Assembly: GCA_048498735.1 (NCBI GenBank)
Contig: JBEHXK010000003.1
Span: 58,147 to 122,146 of the forward strand
DNA from: Pseudomonadota bacterium
GTDB lineage: Bacteria; Pseudomonadota; Alphaproteobacteria; Rickettsiales; UBA8987
DNA length: 64,000 nt
Direction of reading: 5' to 3'
The notes under the pieces are model-generated. The model did no database searches and was not told the origin of the DNA. It saw only the letters and a program-made list of their open reading frames with translations. The stretch's first letter is position 1, and every line of letters starts with the position of its first letter. This document shows positions 9,965 through 22,414 of this stretch, piece by piece. A program made the translations under genes and the position numbers.

Positions 9965-10402
9965 TTAACGTGAAGGTGGGTAAGATCCATAAACTGGAGT
10001 GCCATAAATGCCTTCAGGAACACCGCTTCCTGGCATTGCATAGCCAACTGGCTGAAGGTTAGTGCTGCTGTTCGTATTGCTGCTGGTGCCATCTGCATCG
10101 CAGTGTTTGATATCAGATATACGTGTTAAATATTGTACGCGCGCATCCGCCGCCTGGATAGCCTCATCTGCACTCATATATGTATCTATATATCCTAGAG
10201 GCATTACGATGGATTTAATACCTAGTTGTTTTTTCTCCATAGCCTGTTTTTTATACATATCGGCTTCGTTTATTTCCAACTGAATATCACCGCAATTCAG
10301 CTGTTTATCAGAACGTTTTAATGGCTCAACTTTTTCGGATTGTTCACCGCAAGAAGAAAGAAGTAATAATACTGCAGAAACTGTAAGAATTTTCTTGATC
10401 AT
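9965..10402 (-). CDS. Hypothetical lipoprotein
   Basis: Signal peptide plus lipobox (LLLSSC). No recognisable domain. Confidence 0.55.
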   Translation of the reverse strand: MIKKILTVSAVLLLLSSCGEQSEKVEPLKRSDKQLNCGDIQLEINEADMYKKQAMEKKQLGIKSIVMPLGYIDTYMSADEAIQAADARVQYLTRISDIKHCDADGTSSNTNSSTNLQPVGYAMPGSGVPEGIYGTPVYGSYPPSR

Positions 10403-10475
10403 TTTAACCCTTGTTAATCTATTTGTTTGTTCATTCTATAATACAAACTCACAAATTCAACTGTTTTCGGGAAGC

Positions 10476-10652
10476 TTAAGCCTTAAGCACCCTTGCTTTA
10501 TCAGGTAGCATGACTGGAATGCCATCAACTATCGGGAATGCTAGCCCGGCTTTTTCTGAAATAAGCTCTTGAGCCGTTTCATCATATTTTAGCGCAGTTT
10601 TGGTTATTGGGCACGCCAGAAATTCCAGCATTTCAGGGTTAATCTTTTGCAT
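10476..10652 (-). CDS. Trm112/UPF0434 (YcaR) family small protein
   Basis: 58-aa ORF below the ORF-track cutoff: [62 protein letters not shown]...L and FPI.DGIPVML are hallmarks of the family. The start overlaps the upstream stop (TAATG). Confidence 0.75.
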   Translation of the reverse strand: MQKINPEMLEFLACPITKTALKYDETAQELISEKAGLAFPIVDGIPVMLPDKARVLKA

Positions 10653-10978
10653 TATTCTTCGCCAAGTAATTTTTTGAATTCTGGTGAAGCCTTAACGGTA
10701 GAGAATTCAATTATATTATATGTTGCCGCCTTATTTAGCATGAAAGGGTCTTTATCCATTATATTGGCAAGGTCTTCACGCGTTACCTTATTACCATTTT
10801 TATCTTTTGCCTTGGCGATTATTATTCCCCCAGTGCGCGGATTCTGCGGCCCTGAAGTTATAAAAATGCCCTTTGCATATGATTCATCCAGATATGCACG
10901 GTGCGCGATCAGATATGTATCAAGCACCGCAACCGGCACATGATAATGAAGCTGTATTATGTATAATTCCTGGGTCAT
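10652..10978 (-). CDS. YciI family protein
   Basis: 108 aa. The size and pattern (LIAHRAYL..., SGP...GG, DPF) match YciI-like proteins. Confidence 0.7.
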   Translation of the reverse strand: MTQELYIIQLHYHVPVAVLDTYLIAHRAYLDESYAKGIFITSGPQNPRTGGIIIAKAKDKNGNKVTREDLANIMDKDPFMLNKAATYNIIEFSTVKASPEFKKLLGEE

Positions 10979-11039
10979 AAGATTTTATATAGTTATCGGG
11001 CTTAAGTTAATACAAGCCTTCAGATAAAAATAACAGAGG

Positions 11040-11621
11040 TTATTTTGCCTCAGATGATTTCAGGCGCTCATTGATCTCATCATAGTATTTCACATTTTCC
11101 ATCGCTGCCGCAACTGAATCTGCAAGCATTTCAAGAATCGTGATCTCATATTCCGAAACCTTATGATGGCTTGACCAGTAATTACCTATCGCCGCAACGG
11201 GATTGTTCTTACGCACCGGAACCATCAACAGGCTTTTCACGAAGGTCGGGCGATATGCATCATGCGGTATACGATCATCTTGGTATATATCCTCTATCAT
11301 TGCTGGCTGTCTGTTCAACATGGTCCAGCCACTTATGCACATTGTAAGCGGGAATTTCTTTCCTTTCCATAATGGGCCGATGGCATTCTCCTCAACGTAA
11401 TAGCATTTATCACCATCTTTAAGTACGAACGCTGCACCATCTGCATTGTTCAATTGCCTGCCTGCAATGCGCACTATTTCCAGGATCTCTTTTAAACTTC
11501 TGGCGCGCGCCAATTCCTGCGAGGTTATCACCAACTCTTCCAGCGCGAATACATAGTCTGCAGTTTCACTTGGTGTCTTTGCAGAATCAGGAGTATTGCT
11601 CTTTTTCAGAACATCAAACAT
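11040..11621 (-). CDS. Stand-alone GAF domain protein
   Basis: 193 aa with a GAF-like pattern (LKEILEIVRIAGRQL...GAAFVL....LMVPV....IGNYW). Confidence 0.65.
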   Translation of the reverse strand: MFDVLKKSNTPDSAKTPSETADYVFALEELVITSQELARARSLKEILEIVRIAGRQLNNADGAAFVLKDGDKCYYVEENAIGPLWKGKKFPLTMCISGWTMLNRQPAMIEDIYQDDRIPHDAYRPTFVKSLLMVPVRKNNPVAAIGNYWSSHHKVSEYEITILEMLADSVAAAMENVKYYDEINERLKSSEAK

Positions 11622-11756
11622 GAGGGTATGGATTAAGTCCTTAATTTAATTATATCAAAAATTAATTGCTTATTCAATATTCCAAAATGAGAAAGTGTCT
11701 GAAAAATCTAAGATTTTTGTTTTATTTTAAATCACTTCTATATGGAATTTTTATAG

Positions 11757-12035
11757 TCAGTTATGTATTAGCGTGCCAGTTCTTCCGTTCGGGAAAATTA
11801 TAGTGTCAGTTGCAGGAGTGATCGGATGCGCCTGAATTTCAGCACTTGCCTCACGAGTGCCAGCCTCTAACGTTGCCATACATTGAATAAATGGCGGCGT
11901 ACCGAACTTTGCACCGTAAGATTCACAAAGCGCCTGATCTTTATTGAATTGCTCCTGCTTCACCCTTTGGCGATATTCTTCTGAGCACGAGGTGAGTGTA
12001 ATTAAAGCGGATATTATGATTATAAGTTTTTTCAT
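11757..12035 (-). CDS. Hypothetical small lipoprotein
   Basis: The internal start MKKLIIIISALITLTSC gives a signal peptide plus lipobox. There is no homology I recognise. Confidence 0.5.
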   Translation of the reverse strand: MKKLIIIISALITLTSCSEEYRQRVKQEQFNKDQALCESYGAKFGTPPFIQCMATLEAGTREASAEIQAHPITPATDTIIFPNGRTGTLIHN

Positions 12036-12084
12036 AAATAGATTTTCAAATATATCCGATAAAAAATCTATAATATTCAACTAT

Positions 12085-12552
12085 TCATAATTTCTGCAGA
12101 GACATGAATTTTGTTATCTTATCTTTCCTGTCGGCGCTGCAAGGCTGATTCCCTTTTTTAAGACCATCTATCACTATCTGCTGCGAAATACCGTGTATTG
12201 CACTTATATATGCAAGCTGCTTATCAGACCATTTTTGCTTAGCACGTTCATATTGCATGTATGAAGTATAATTCTTTTTCCAATCAAGCCCGCACCATTC
12301 TGCCATGCCTGTGATGCTACCAACACCAACAGTACGCTTGCCATCTTCAAAAGGAATGATCGGAGTTTTCTTTTCTTCCGCCGTTTCTGCCGGAATATTT
12401 TTACCTGTGGAATCTTTAAGTTCCGTAATATGATCCCGCGCAAGCTGCATTATGTCTCTCACGGCCTCATCCTTATCTTTCACCTGCTGCGCTGAAGCTG
12501 GAACTGATGCCAAAAATAAAACTGCTAATATAAATACATAAAATTTTTTCAT
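12085..12552 (-). CDS. Hypothetical secreted protein
   Basis: MKKFYVFILAVLFLASVPASA is a signal peptide. There is no recognisable domain. Confidence 0.5.
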   Translation of the reverse strand: MKKFYVFILAVLFLASVPASAQQVKDKDEAVRDIMQLARDHITELKDSTGKNIPAETAEEKKTPIIPFEDGKRTVGVGSITGMAEWCGLDWKKNYTSYMQYERAKQKWSDKQLAYISAIHGISQQIVIDGLKKGNQPCSADRKDKITKFMSLQKL

Positions 12553-12611
12553 GACCACTTAATTTATCCTTTAACTATATATTCGCCATTATTTACTACG
12601 ATTCCTCTGTC

Positions 12612-15090
<2,479 letters not shown>

Positions 15091-15133
15091 TTACTGCCAG
15101 TTTTTCAAGGAATAATCAGATTATCTTATATAG

Positions 15134-15514
15134 CTATTTTGCCTTGAGGAAATGCAGAGGCTGCGTATCAAAACTGCTGTAATCACAAGTGAGTTCTTCG
15201 CCTGCCGCTATATCACGCGTAGCCCAACCAGTATAATCATCATAAGCAGTGTTCGGATTATTATCATGATTCATGAACCTGCCATTATCCAGATCAAGCT
15301 CCCAAATTCCTTCTTTGCCAGGAACAACATATGCATATTTTTCTATGAACTTTTTCTGAACCGGCAGCATTGCATCCACCTGTTCCTGAGTATAAAATTT
15401 AGTAAAATTATCATCAATCTTCCAGACAATATCGCCTTTCTTAACAGCGTTAACTGAAAATACGCCAACGCCCTTACCGGGCGACTCCTTTATTACCGTT
15501 TCAATCGTTAGCAT
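15134..15514 (-). CDS. Minimal SET-domain protein (putative protein-lysine methyltransferase)
   Basis: 126 aa with GKGVGVFS...KKGDIV, RFMNHDNNPN (NHxxxPN) and GEELTCDY motifs. Confidence 0.8.
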   Translation of the reverse strand: MLTIETVIKESPGKGVGVFSVNAVKKGDIVWKIDDNFTKFYTQEQVDAMLPVQKKFIEKYAYVVPGKEGIWELDLDNGRFMNHDNNPNTAYDDYTGWATRDIAAGEELTCDYSSFDTQPLHFLKAK

Positions 15515-15517
15515 GAA

Positions 15518-16372
15518 TTAATGTTTTATTTTGCTCTTGGAAATGATATCGAATTCCTGAAGCGTTTTCAGCAGTTCTTCAATATCAGAAAGTTTAACCA
15601 TACAAGGGCCATCAGATGGCGCATTATCCGGATCCTGGTGAGATTCCATGAAAACACCGGCAACGCCAACTGCCATAGCAGCACGCGAAAGTGTTTCAAC
15701 AAATCGGCGCTCACCACCTGATGAACCGCCCTGCCCGCCAGGTTGCTGGATAGAGTGGGTTGCATCAAATATCACCGGCATGCCCGTTTGTTCAGCCATG
15801 GTCGGGATGCCGCGGAAATCCGTAACTAATGTATTATAACCAAATGAAGTGCCGCGATCAGTCACCAGAACATTTGTATTCCCCGAACCTGTGATCTTCT
15901 CGACCACATTTTTCATATCCCAAGGCGCAAGGAACTGCCCCTTCTTAACATTCACCACTTTGCCGGTTTTTGCAGCAGTGATAAGCAGATCAGTCTGGCG
16001 GCACAGAAACGCCGGAATCTGCAACACATCAACCACTTCGGCAACTATTTTTGTTTGCTCTTCACTATGAACATCTGTCAGCACCGGGCAGCCAAATGCT
16101 TTTTTCACTTCTTCAAAAATCGCCAATGAATTTTCAATCCCGATGCCACGCTTACCCTTAAGCGAAGTACGGTTTGCCTTATCATATGAACTTTTATAGA
16201 TGAAAGGGATTTTTAGTTTATCTGTTACTTTTACAAGTTTTTCAGCGGTCATCATCGCATGGTCACGGCTTTCGATCTGGCATGGGCCAGATATAAGAAC
16301 GAATGGCAGATTATTCGCTATGCGAACATTACCTGTTTTAACAACATGAGTATTATTATTGCTGATGATCAT
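15518..16372 (-). CDS. kdsA: 3-deoxy-8-phosphooctulonate synthase
   Basis: 284 aa with full-length similarity to KDO8P synthase ([10 protein letters not shown]..., KANRTS, FDATHS). Confidence 0.95.
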   Translation of the reverse strand: MIISNNNTHVVKTGNVRIANNLPFVLISGPCQIESRDHAMMTAEKLVKVTDKLKIPFIYKSSYDKANRTSLKGKRGIGIENSLAIFEEVKKAFGCPVLTDVHSEEQTKIVAEVVDVLQIPAFLCRQTDLLITAAKTGKVVNVKKGQFLAPWDMKNVVEKITGSGNTNVLVTDRGTSFGYNTLVTDFRGIPTMAEQTGMPVIFDATHSIQQPGGQGGSSGGERRFVETLSRAAMAVGVAGVFMESHQDPDNAPSDGPCMVKLSDIEELLKTLQEFDIISKSKIKH

Positions 16373-16451
16373 CTTAAAAACCTCTGGAAATCTATGTTAT
16401 CTATGTAAACTTTATAGCAAAATATACAAGTGCTAAATGGCTAAAATAGCC

Positions 16452-17075
16452 TTAACTTACCAGTTTTTTTATGAATTTTTCAAGACCTGTCATGCGTGTG
16501 CGGCGGCGCCTTTCAGCATCCAATATGCTTATGACCTGCTCGGTTGCCTTATTGATCTCATCATTCACGATTATATAATCATATATTCCCCAGTGAGAAA
16601 TTTCGTTAGTGGCTTTGCTCATGCGCTCACGGATAACCTTATCATCATCCTGCGCACGTTTGCGCAAACGCTTTTCAAGCTCTGCCATGTCAGGCGGGAG
16701 AATAAATATTGAAACCACATCCACGCCGCATTTTTCTTTCAGCTGAATTGTTCCCTGCCAGTCGATATCAAATAATATATCGCAACCTTTATTTAATTTT
16801 TCGTAAACTGGCTCTGCAGGCGTGCCGTAATTATTGCCGAACACATGCGCATGCTCAAGGAACTGCCCTTTATTAACCATGTCATTGAATTTATCATGGC
16901 TGACGAAATAATAATCCTGTTCATCAACCTCACCTTTTCTCATCGGCCTTGTTGTTGCAGAAACTGACATGAATAAACCATCCTGCCTTTCAAGCAGCTT
17001 GCGGGAAATGGTCGTCTTGCCAGCGCCCGATGGCGATGATAGGATAAGCATCAAACCTTTACGATCAATTTTCAT
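16452..17075 (-). CDS. gmk: Guanylate kinase
   Basis: SSPSGAGKTT P-loop and the TTRPMRKGEVDEQDYYFVS signature. Confidence 0.93.
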   Translation of the reverse strand: MKIDRKGLMLILSSPSGAGKTTISRKLLERQDGLFMSVSATTRPMRKGEVDEQDYYFVSHDKFNDMVNKGQFLEHAHVFGNNYGTPAEPVYEKLNKGCDILFDIDWQGTIQLKEKCGVDVVSIFILPPDMAELEKRLRKRAQDDDKVIRERMSKATNEISHWGIYDYIIVNDEINKATEQVISILDAERRRRTRMTGLEKFIKKLVS

Positions 17076-17140
17076 TTTGTTTTCTTCGGTTTTATGTTTT
17101 AACCTTCTACAGAATTACACCCATAACTACAACTAAAACA

Positions 17141-18916
17141 GTGAATAATCAGTCAAATATACCATCGGCAAAAGGCAAATACTGGAAAATCCGTGATTAT
17201 GATGAAAATTATGTAACGGCAGCAATGCAGCAATATGGCCTGTCGCATCTGCTGGCTCGCATTTTGTTCGGCAAAAGCGTTTTGCTTGAGGAAATACCCA
17301 ATTTCCTTGAACCAAAACTCAAGAAAATGATGCCAGACCCTTATGTGCTGAAAGATATGCCAAAAGCGGTTGAGCGCATTATCAACGCAATAAACAATAA
17401 TGAAAAGATCGCGCTTTATGGTGATTATGATGTTGATGGCGCAACCAGCACTGCGATCCTCACCAGATTTTTAAAATCGCTTGATTCCGAACCTCTGATC
17501 CACATTCCTGATCGCTTAAAAGAAGGCTACGGCATAAACACTGAAGCGCTTTTAAAGCTGAAAGAAAAAGGCGCTAAACTTATCATATCGCTTGATTGCG
17601 GCGTTACCGCTTTTGAACCAATATCGGAAGCCAAAAAAGCCGGGCTTGATGTTGTAGTGATCGACCACCATTTAAGCAGCGATACATTCCCTGATGCAGT
17701 TGCGATAGTTAATCCAAATCGCTTTGATGATGTTTCCGGCTTGAATAATTTATGCGCTGCAGGCGTTTGTTTTCTGCTCTGCGTTGCACTTAATCGCAAA
17801 CTTCGTGAAAATGGATATTTCCAGAATCACAACGAACCAGACCTATTAAGCCTGCTTGATCTGGTGGCCCTGGGAACTGTTTGTGATGTTATGACATTAA
17901 CTGGCCTGAATCGCGCTTTTGTAAATCAGGGTTTAAAAATAATCGTACATCAGAAAAATCGTGGCATTAAGAACTTATGTGATATTGCCGGCCTTTCAAA
18001 AAAAGCTGATGCATATACACTCGGCTTTTTAGTAGGCCCACGCATCAACGCGGCTGGCAGGATCGGTGATTGCTCACTCGGAACTGCCATTCTTGCAACT
18101 GAAGATGAGCAATTTGCGAAGGAAACTGCAGAGATCCTGAACAATTTAAATAAAGACCGCCAGGAGATGGAGAAGAAAATCATCGCAGAAGCGATCAAGC
18201 AGGCAGAAGCACAAAATTATAAATCCAATCCACTGATAGTTGTTTACAGTGATGATTGGCACCCTGGCATAATCGGCATTGTTGCCGGGCGTTTGAAGGA
18301 AATGTTTAATAAACCTGCGGCCGTGATCGCCTTTAGTGGAGAAGTTGGCAAAGCTTCAGCACGTAGCGTAAATGGAATTGATTTTGGTGCCGCGATTGCG
18401 AACGCAAAAAACGCCGGACTGGTTGTGAATGGTGGTGGGCATAAAGCCGCTGCAGGATTTACGGTCGAGAAGCATCTGATGGCTGATCTGTATGATTATC
18501 TCTGCCAACAGTTTGAAAAATCCTATAATGATTTTGCAAATGATAACCATTCAGAGTGTGATCTGCTGATAAAAGTTTCGTCCGCAACGATCGATCTTAT
18601 AAATGAACTTGAGAAATTATCGCCATTCGGCAATGGTAACCCAGAACCTCTTTTAATGCTTGATGATGCCAAGATAGTTAAAATGAAAATTGCCGGTGAA
18701 AAACATATTCAGGTTTATATTGCAGAATCTGGCCTTGCACGAAATTCTGCAACCATTAAAGGTGTAGCATTCAATTCCGTTGGCACACCGCTTGGTGATG
18801 CATTGGAAGCCGCACATATGAAGAATGTTTCACTGCTTGGAAAATTGCGTAAAAATATATGGAATGGCAATGAATCAGTTGAATTTCATATAGAAGATAT
18901 GATTGTAAAACCATGA
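17141..18916 (+). CDS. recJ: Single-stranded-DNA-specific exonuclease RecJ
   Basis: DHH motifs (DYDVDGATS, VVVIDHH) and the DHHA1 motif GGGHKAAAG. Confidence 0.93.
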   Translation: MNNQSNIPSAKGKYWKIRDYDENYVTAAMQQYGLSHLLARILFGKSVLLEEIPNFLEPKLKKMMPDPYVLKDMPKAVERIINAINNNEKIALYGDYDVDGATSTAILTRFLKSLDSEPLIHIPDRLKEGYGINTEALLKLKEKGAKLIISLDCGVTAFEPISEAKKAGLDVVVIDHHLSSDTFPDAVAIVNPNRFDDVSGLNNLCAAGVCFLLCVALNRKLRENGYFQNHNEPDLLSLLDLVALGTVCDVMTLTGLNRAFVNQGLKIIVHQKNRGIKNLCDIAGLSKKADAYTLGFLVGPRINAAGRIGDCSLGTAILATEDEQFAKETAEILNNLNKDRQEMEKKIIAEAIKQAEAQNYKSNPLIVVYSDDWHPGIIGIVAGRLKEMFNKPAAVIAFSGEVGKASARSVNGIDFGAAIANAKNAGLVVNGGGHKAAAGFTVEKHLMADLYDYLCQQFEKSYNDFANDNHSECDLLIKVSSATIDLINELEKLSPFGNGNPEPLLMLDDAKIVKMKIAGEKHIQVYIAESGLARNSATIKGVAFNSVGTPLGDALEAAHMKNVSLLGKLRKNIWNGNESVEFHIEDMIVKP

Positions 18917-20487
18917 AAATTCTTCTCACCATAATTCTTGGCGGGCTATTCACTTTATGTTTCGCGCCATTTCACCAGTTTGAGGTCGGCTTCATCTCGC
19001 TTACCGGACTGCTATTGGTGCTTGATCGTGTAATAGCACCTAAAAATATTTTCTGGTATGGCTGGCTGTTCGGCTTTATCCATCATGTCACCGGGCTTTA
19101 CTGGATATCATATTCTATGTTGGTCGAAGCTGATAAATATGCCTGGATGATCCCATTCTCCGCAAGTATTCTTCCGGCATATCTTGCAATATATATAGGC
19201 CTTGCCTGCTGGCTCACTTATCGCCTGCGCTTTAAAATAATTACAAAAATGCTTTTCTTCGCGAGCATCTGGACCTTGATGGAAATCGCCCGTGGATATC
19301 TTCTAACCGGCTTCCCGTGGAACCTTGCAGGCTATACATTCCTGGCTGATGAAGCACTTTCGCAAGCAGGCTCAATCGGCGGTGTATATGGCCTTTCGCT
19401 CATCGCAATATTCCTGTTCACCACGCCATATCTTGCCGTTAGCTATATAAAAGCACGCCCTGAAATGCCGTTCATATATAAAGCCTCCTTCTCTCTTTGC
19501 TATATGATGCCGGTAATATTTGTGATGGTTCTGCTGCACAATTGGGGCACTCAAAGAATTGATAATAATAAAGATCGCTTCCAACTCACTAAAGTTCGCA
19601 TCGTGCAGCCGAATATTTCACAGAAGGAAAAATTTGATTCCTCCAAAGTTGCGGAGCAACTCTTCAAATTTTACAATCTTTCGCTGCAGGAAAGTATTTT
19701 GCCTTCCTTCGCGCCCGATCTGATCGTATGGCCGGAAGCCTCTACCACAATGAATTTGGAAGATGATAAGGAATTCCTCGCAGAAGTGACCAATGTCATT
19801 CCATATAGTTCATATCTGATACTTGGCGGAATACGCTATGAAGGCTGGATGCTGAATACAAAAGTCTATAACTCGGTGGAATTTATCAGCTCTGATGGTG
19901 TGCTGCAGAGGATGCATTATGATAAAACCCATCTTGTCCCTTTTGGTGAATATGTTCCTTTCAGGAATTTGCTTCCGGGCGTTGATAAACTGGCGCAGGG
20001 TATAGGTGATTTTAACATTGGCACTGGCGCAAAAACCCTAAAACTTCCTAATGCTGGCGCCTTCTCACCACTCATATGTTATGAAGTTATTTTTCCTGAT
20101 CAGGTTGTTGATAGAACTTCCATGACTCGCCCTGAATGGATTTTGAACGTTACTAATGATGCATGGTTCGGCACTTCAACCGGCCCCTATCAACATCTTG
20201 ATGCTGTTCGCATGCGTGCGATAGAAGAAGGCCTGCCGGTTATACGTTCTGCAAACACCGGCATCTCAGCCGTTGTTGATGGGCTTGGTCGCATTCTGCA
20301 ATCAGCTGCTTTAAATCAGGATGCAATCTTAGATACAAGGCTTCCTGCAAAACTTGAGGAGCCAACTTATTTCAGTCAATATGGGAATTTTCTGCCGTTT
20401 ATCGTGTGTTTGAGCGTTGCGTTTATTTCACTGCTTTTGAAATGTATATCCATAATTTTGTTAAGAGGCCAACGTCAGCCTCATTAA
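18913..20487 (+). CDS. lnt: Apolipoprotein N-acyltransferase
   Basis: Multi-TM N-terminus plus a CN-hydrolase domain (WPE..., PLICYE catalytic Cys). ATGA overlap with recJ. Confidence 0.9.
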   Translation: MKILLTIILGGLFTLCFAPFHQFEVGFISLTGLLLVLDRVIAPKNIFWYGWLFGFIHHVTGLYWISYSMLVEADKYAWMIPFSASILPAYLAIYIGLACWLTYRLRFKIITKMLFFASIWTLMEIARGYLLTGFPWNLAGYTFLADEALSQAGSIGGVYGLSLIAIFLFTTPYLAVSYIKARPEMPFIYKASFSLCYMMPVIFVMVLLHNWGTQRIDNNKDRFQLTKVRIVQPNISQKEKFDSSKVAEQLFKFYNLSLQESILPSFAPDLIVWPEASTTMNLEDDKEFLAEVTNVIPYSSYLILGGIRYEGWMLNTKVYNSVEFISSDGVLQRMHYDKTHLVPFGEYVPFRNLLPGVDKLAQGIGDFNIGTGAKTLKLPNAGAFSPLICYEVIFPDQVVDRTSMTRPEWILNVTNDAWFGTSTGPYQHLDAVRMRAIEEGLPVIRSANTGISAVVDGLGRILQSAALNQDAILDTRLPAKLEEPTYFSQYGNFLPFIVCLSVAFISLLLKCISIILLRGQRQPH

Positions 20488-20803
20488 TGAATTCTTCTGA
20501 AAGCGGCTCGATCTCATAAAAATTATGCTTATCCATAACTCGCACAATGATTTTACCTTTTTCGATAAAATCAATATTCTCAGCACTTGGGATAAAATCA
20601 GTGCCTAAATTATTGCCCGATGCGTTATCTGTTTGATTAATTTCTTTGGATGTTTTAGAAAATTCGTTGTGATGGGAATGTTCGGGATAATTTTTACTAT
20701 AGTGTATTATTTCCAGATCATCATGCTCAAGTATCTCCCTGACGTGGCGGAGTTCAGCCATTTCAGCTTTGATCGTTAGAGATATTTTATTGGCGAGAGC
20801 CAT
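20423..20803 (-). CDS. Hypothetical protein
   Basis: 126-aa ORF with a His-rich patch (PEHSHHNE). Its 3' end overlaps the convergent lnt by 65 nt. No recognised domain. Confidence 0.4.
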   Translation of the reverse strand: MALANKISLTIKAEMAELRHVREILEHDDLEIIHYSKNYPEHSHHNEFSKTSKEINQTDNASGNNLGTDFIPSAENIDFIEKGKIIVRVMDKHNFYEIEPLSEEFINEADVGLLTKLWIYISKAVK

Positions 20804-20894
20804 GCATCTTATCCCCTCATTGAATGCGTAACTTAAAGGTTATACTATAATATTATTAAAAAACTGTTAAAAAATCAGTAAAAATCGTACAAAT

Positions 20895-21671
20895 ATGCAA
20901 AATACCCCAAAAATCGCAGTTAGAGACCTTCACAAGTCTTTTGGTAATAAAAAGATTTTACAAGGGGTTAATTTTGACCTTATGCCGGGTGAATCACTGG
21001 TTGTTATAGGTGGCTCAGGTTCTGGAAAATCAGTACTTATCAAAACCATAATTGGCCTTATGCGCGCCACTTCTGGCTCGATTCTTATCGATGAAGAAGA
21101 AACCTTCAATATTTCTACAAGAAAACGCCGTGAAGTAATGCATAAATGCGGCTATCTGTTCCAAGGTGGAGCACTTTTTGATAGCTTACCTATATGGGAA
21201 AATGTGGCCTTTGGCCTGATTTATGCAGAAACCATGCCTCGTGAACAAGCTAGAGAAATCGCTGTTCAAAAAATAATGCAGGTTGGTATGGGTAAAGAAA
21301 TTGCTAATCTATATCCAGCAGAACTTTCAGGTGGTATGCAGAAACGTATAGCCCTGGCTCGAGCAATTGCCACTAATCCTGAGATCATTTTCTTTGATGA
21401 GCCAACAACCGGTCTTGATCCTATAATGAGTGATGTGATTAATGATCTTATTATAAAGTGCAGTAAAGAGCTGAAAGCGACAACAATTTCCATTACACAC
21501 GATATGCATAGTGCCTGCAAGATCGCTGATAAGATCGCAATGCTATATCAGGGCAAACTTATTTGGCACGGCAAGCCAGAAGAGGTATATAAAAGCGGCA
21601 ATGATTATGTTGACCAGTTCGTCAATGGTCGTGCTGAAGGCCCGATCGAAGTCCAGCTGCAAGATCACTAA
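20895..21671 (+). CDS. mlaF: ABC transporter ATP-binding protein, MlaF-like
   Basis: Walker A GGSGSGKS, signature LSGGMQKR, Walker B IIFFDEP and an MlaF-like C-terminus (DQFVNGRAEGP). There is no adjacent permease. Confidence 0.8.
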   Translation: MQNTPKIAVRDLHKSFGNKKILQGVNFDLMPGESLVVIGGSGSGKSVLIKTIIGLMRATSGSILIDEEETFNISTRKRREVMHKCGYLFQGGALFDSLPIWENVAFGLIYAETMPREQAREIAVQKIMQVGMGKEIANLYPAELSGGMQKRIALARAIATNPEIIFFDEPTTGLDPIMSDVINDLIIKCSKELKATTISITHDMHSACKIADKIAMLYQGKLIWHGKPEEVYKSGNDYVDQFVNGRAEGPIEVQLQDH

Positions 21672-22409
21672 TCAGTAATCAACTTTCACAAAATATAAAC
21701 CTGCAGCGGGTGCCTGAACACCAGCTTTGGTTCTATCTTTCGCAGCTAAAATATTTTTTATTTCATCCGGTAAAATTTTTCCCATCGCCACCTGTGCAAG
21801 TGTGCCGGTAATATTCCTAATCTGATGATGCAGGAAAGAAAGTGCCGAGAAATATAAATATATATGCTCACCCTCACGCTCTATTCTTATTTCATCTAAA
21901 GTGCGCACCGGATTTTTTGCCTGACAATCACTTGAGCGAAAAGAAGTGAAGTCATGTTTTCCTATAAGGTGTTTTGCGGCTGCCTTCATTTTACTAAGGT
22001 CAAGATCCGCCGCTATATGCCAGACACGATTTCTTTCCAATACCGGCACTGATGAACGATTTAGAATTATATATTTATAATATCTTTTCTTTGCCGAAAA
22101 CCTTGCTGAAAAATCATCGCTCACTTTTTCAGCATCAACAACCGCAACTGGCTTGTTGGCCATGTAAAAATTTATTCCCTGACGAAGCGAATAAAGATCA
22201 AAATCTTTTTCCAGTTTGAAATTCGCCACCTGCCCTATGGCATGAACACCAGCGTCGGTTCTGCCCGCCGCAGTTATATCCACCTTTTCCTGTGATAAGC
22301 TAAATATTGCATCTTCAAGTAAAGTTTGCGCGGTCTGCTGGCATGGCTGTTTCTGCCATCCTGCAAGCTCGGTTCCATCATATTCAATTATTATTTTATA
22401 ATTAGGCAT
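21672..22409 (-). CDS. truA: tRNA pseudouridine(38-40) synthase
   Basis: YKIIIEYDGT... and the GRTDAGVHA catalytic Asp motif. The start is taken at the internal ATG 22409 to avoid overlap with ftsA. Confidence 0.92.
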   Translation of the reverse strand: MPNYKIIIEYDGTELAGWQKQPCQQTAQTLLEDAIFSLSQEKVDITAAGRTDAGVHAIGQVANFKLEKDFDLYSLRQGINFYMANKPVAVVDAEKVSDDFSARFSAKKRYYKYIILNRSSVPVLERNRVWHIAADLDLSKMKAAAKHLIGKHDFTSFRSSDCQAKNPVRTLDEIRIEREGEHIYLYFSALSFLHHQIRNITGTLAQVAMGKILPDEIKNILAAKDRTKAGVQAPAAGLYFVKVDY

Positions 22410-22414
22410 AAGCC

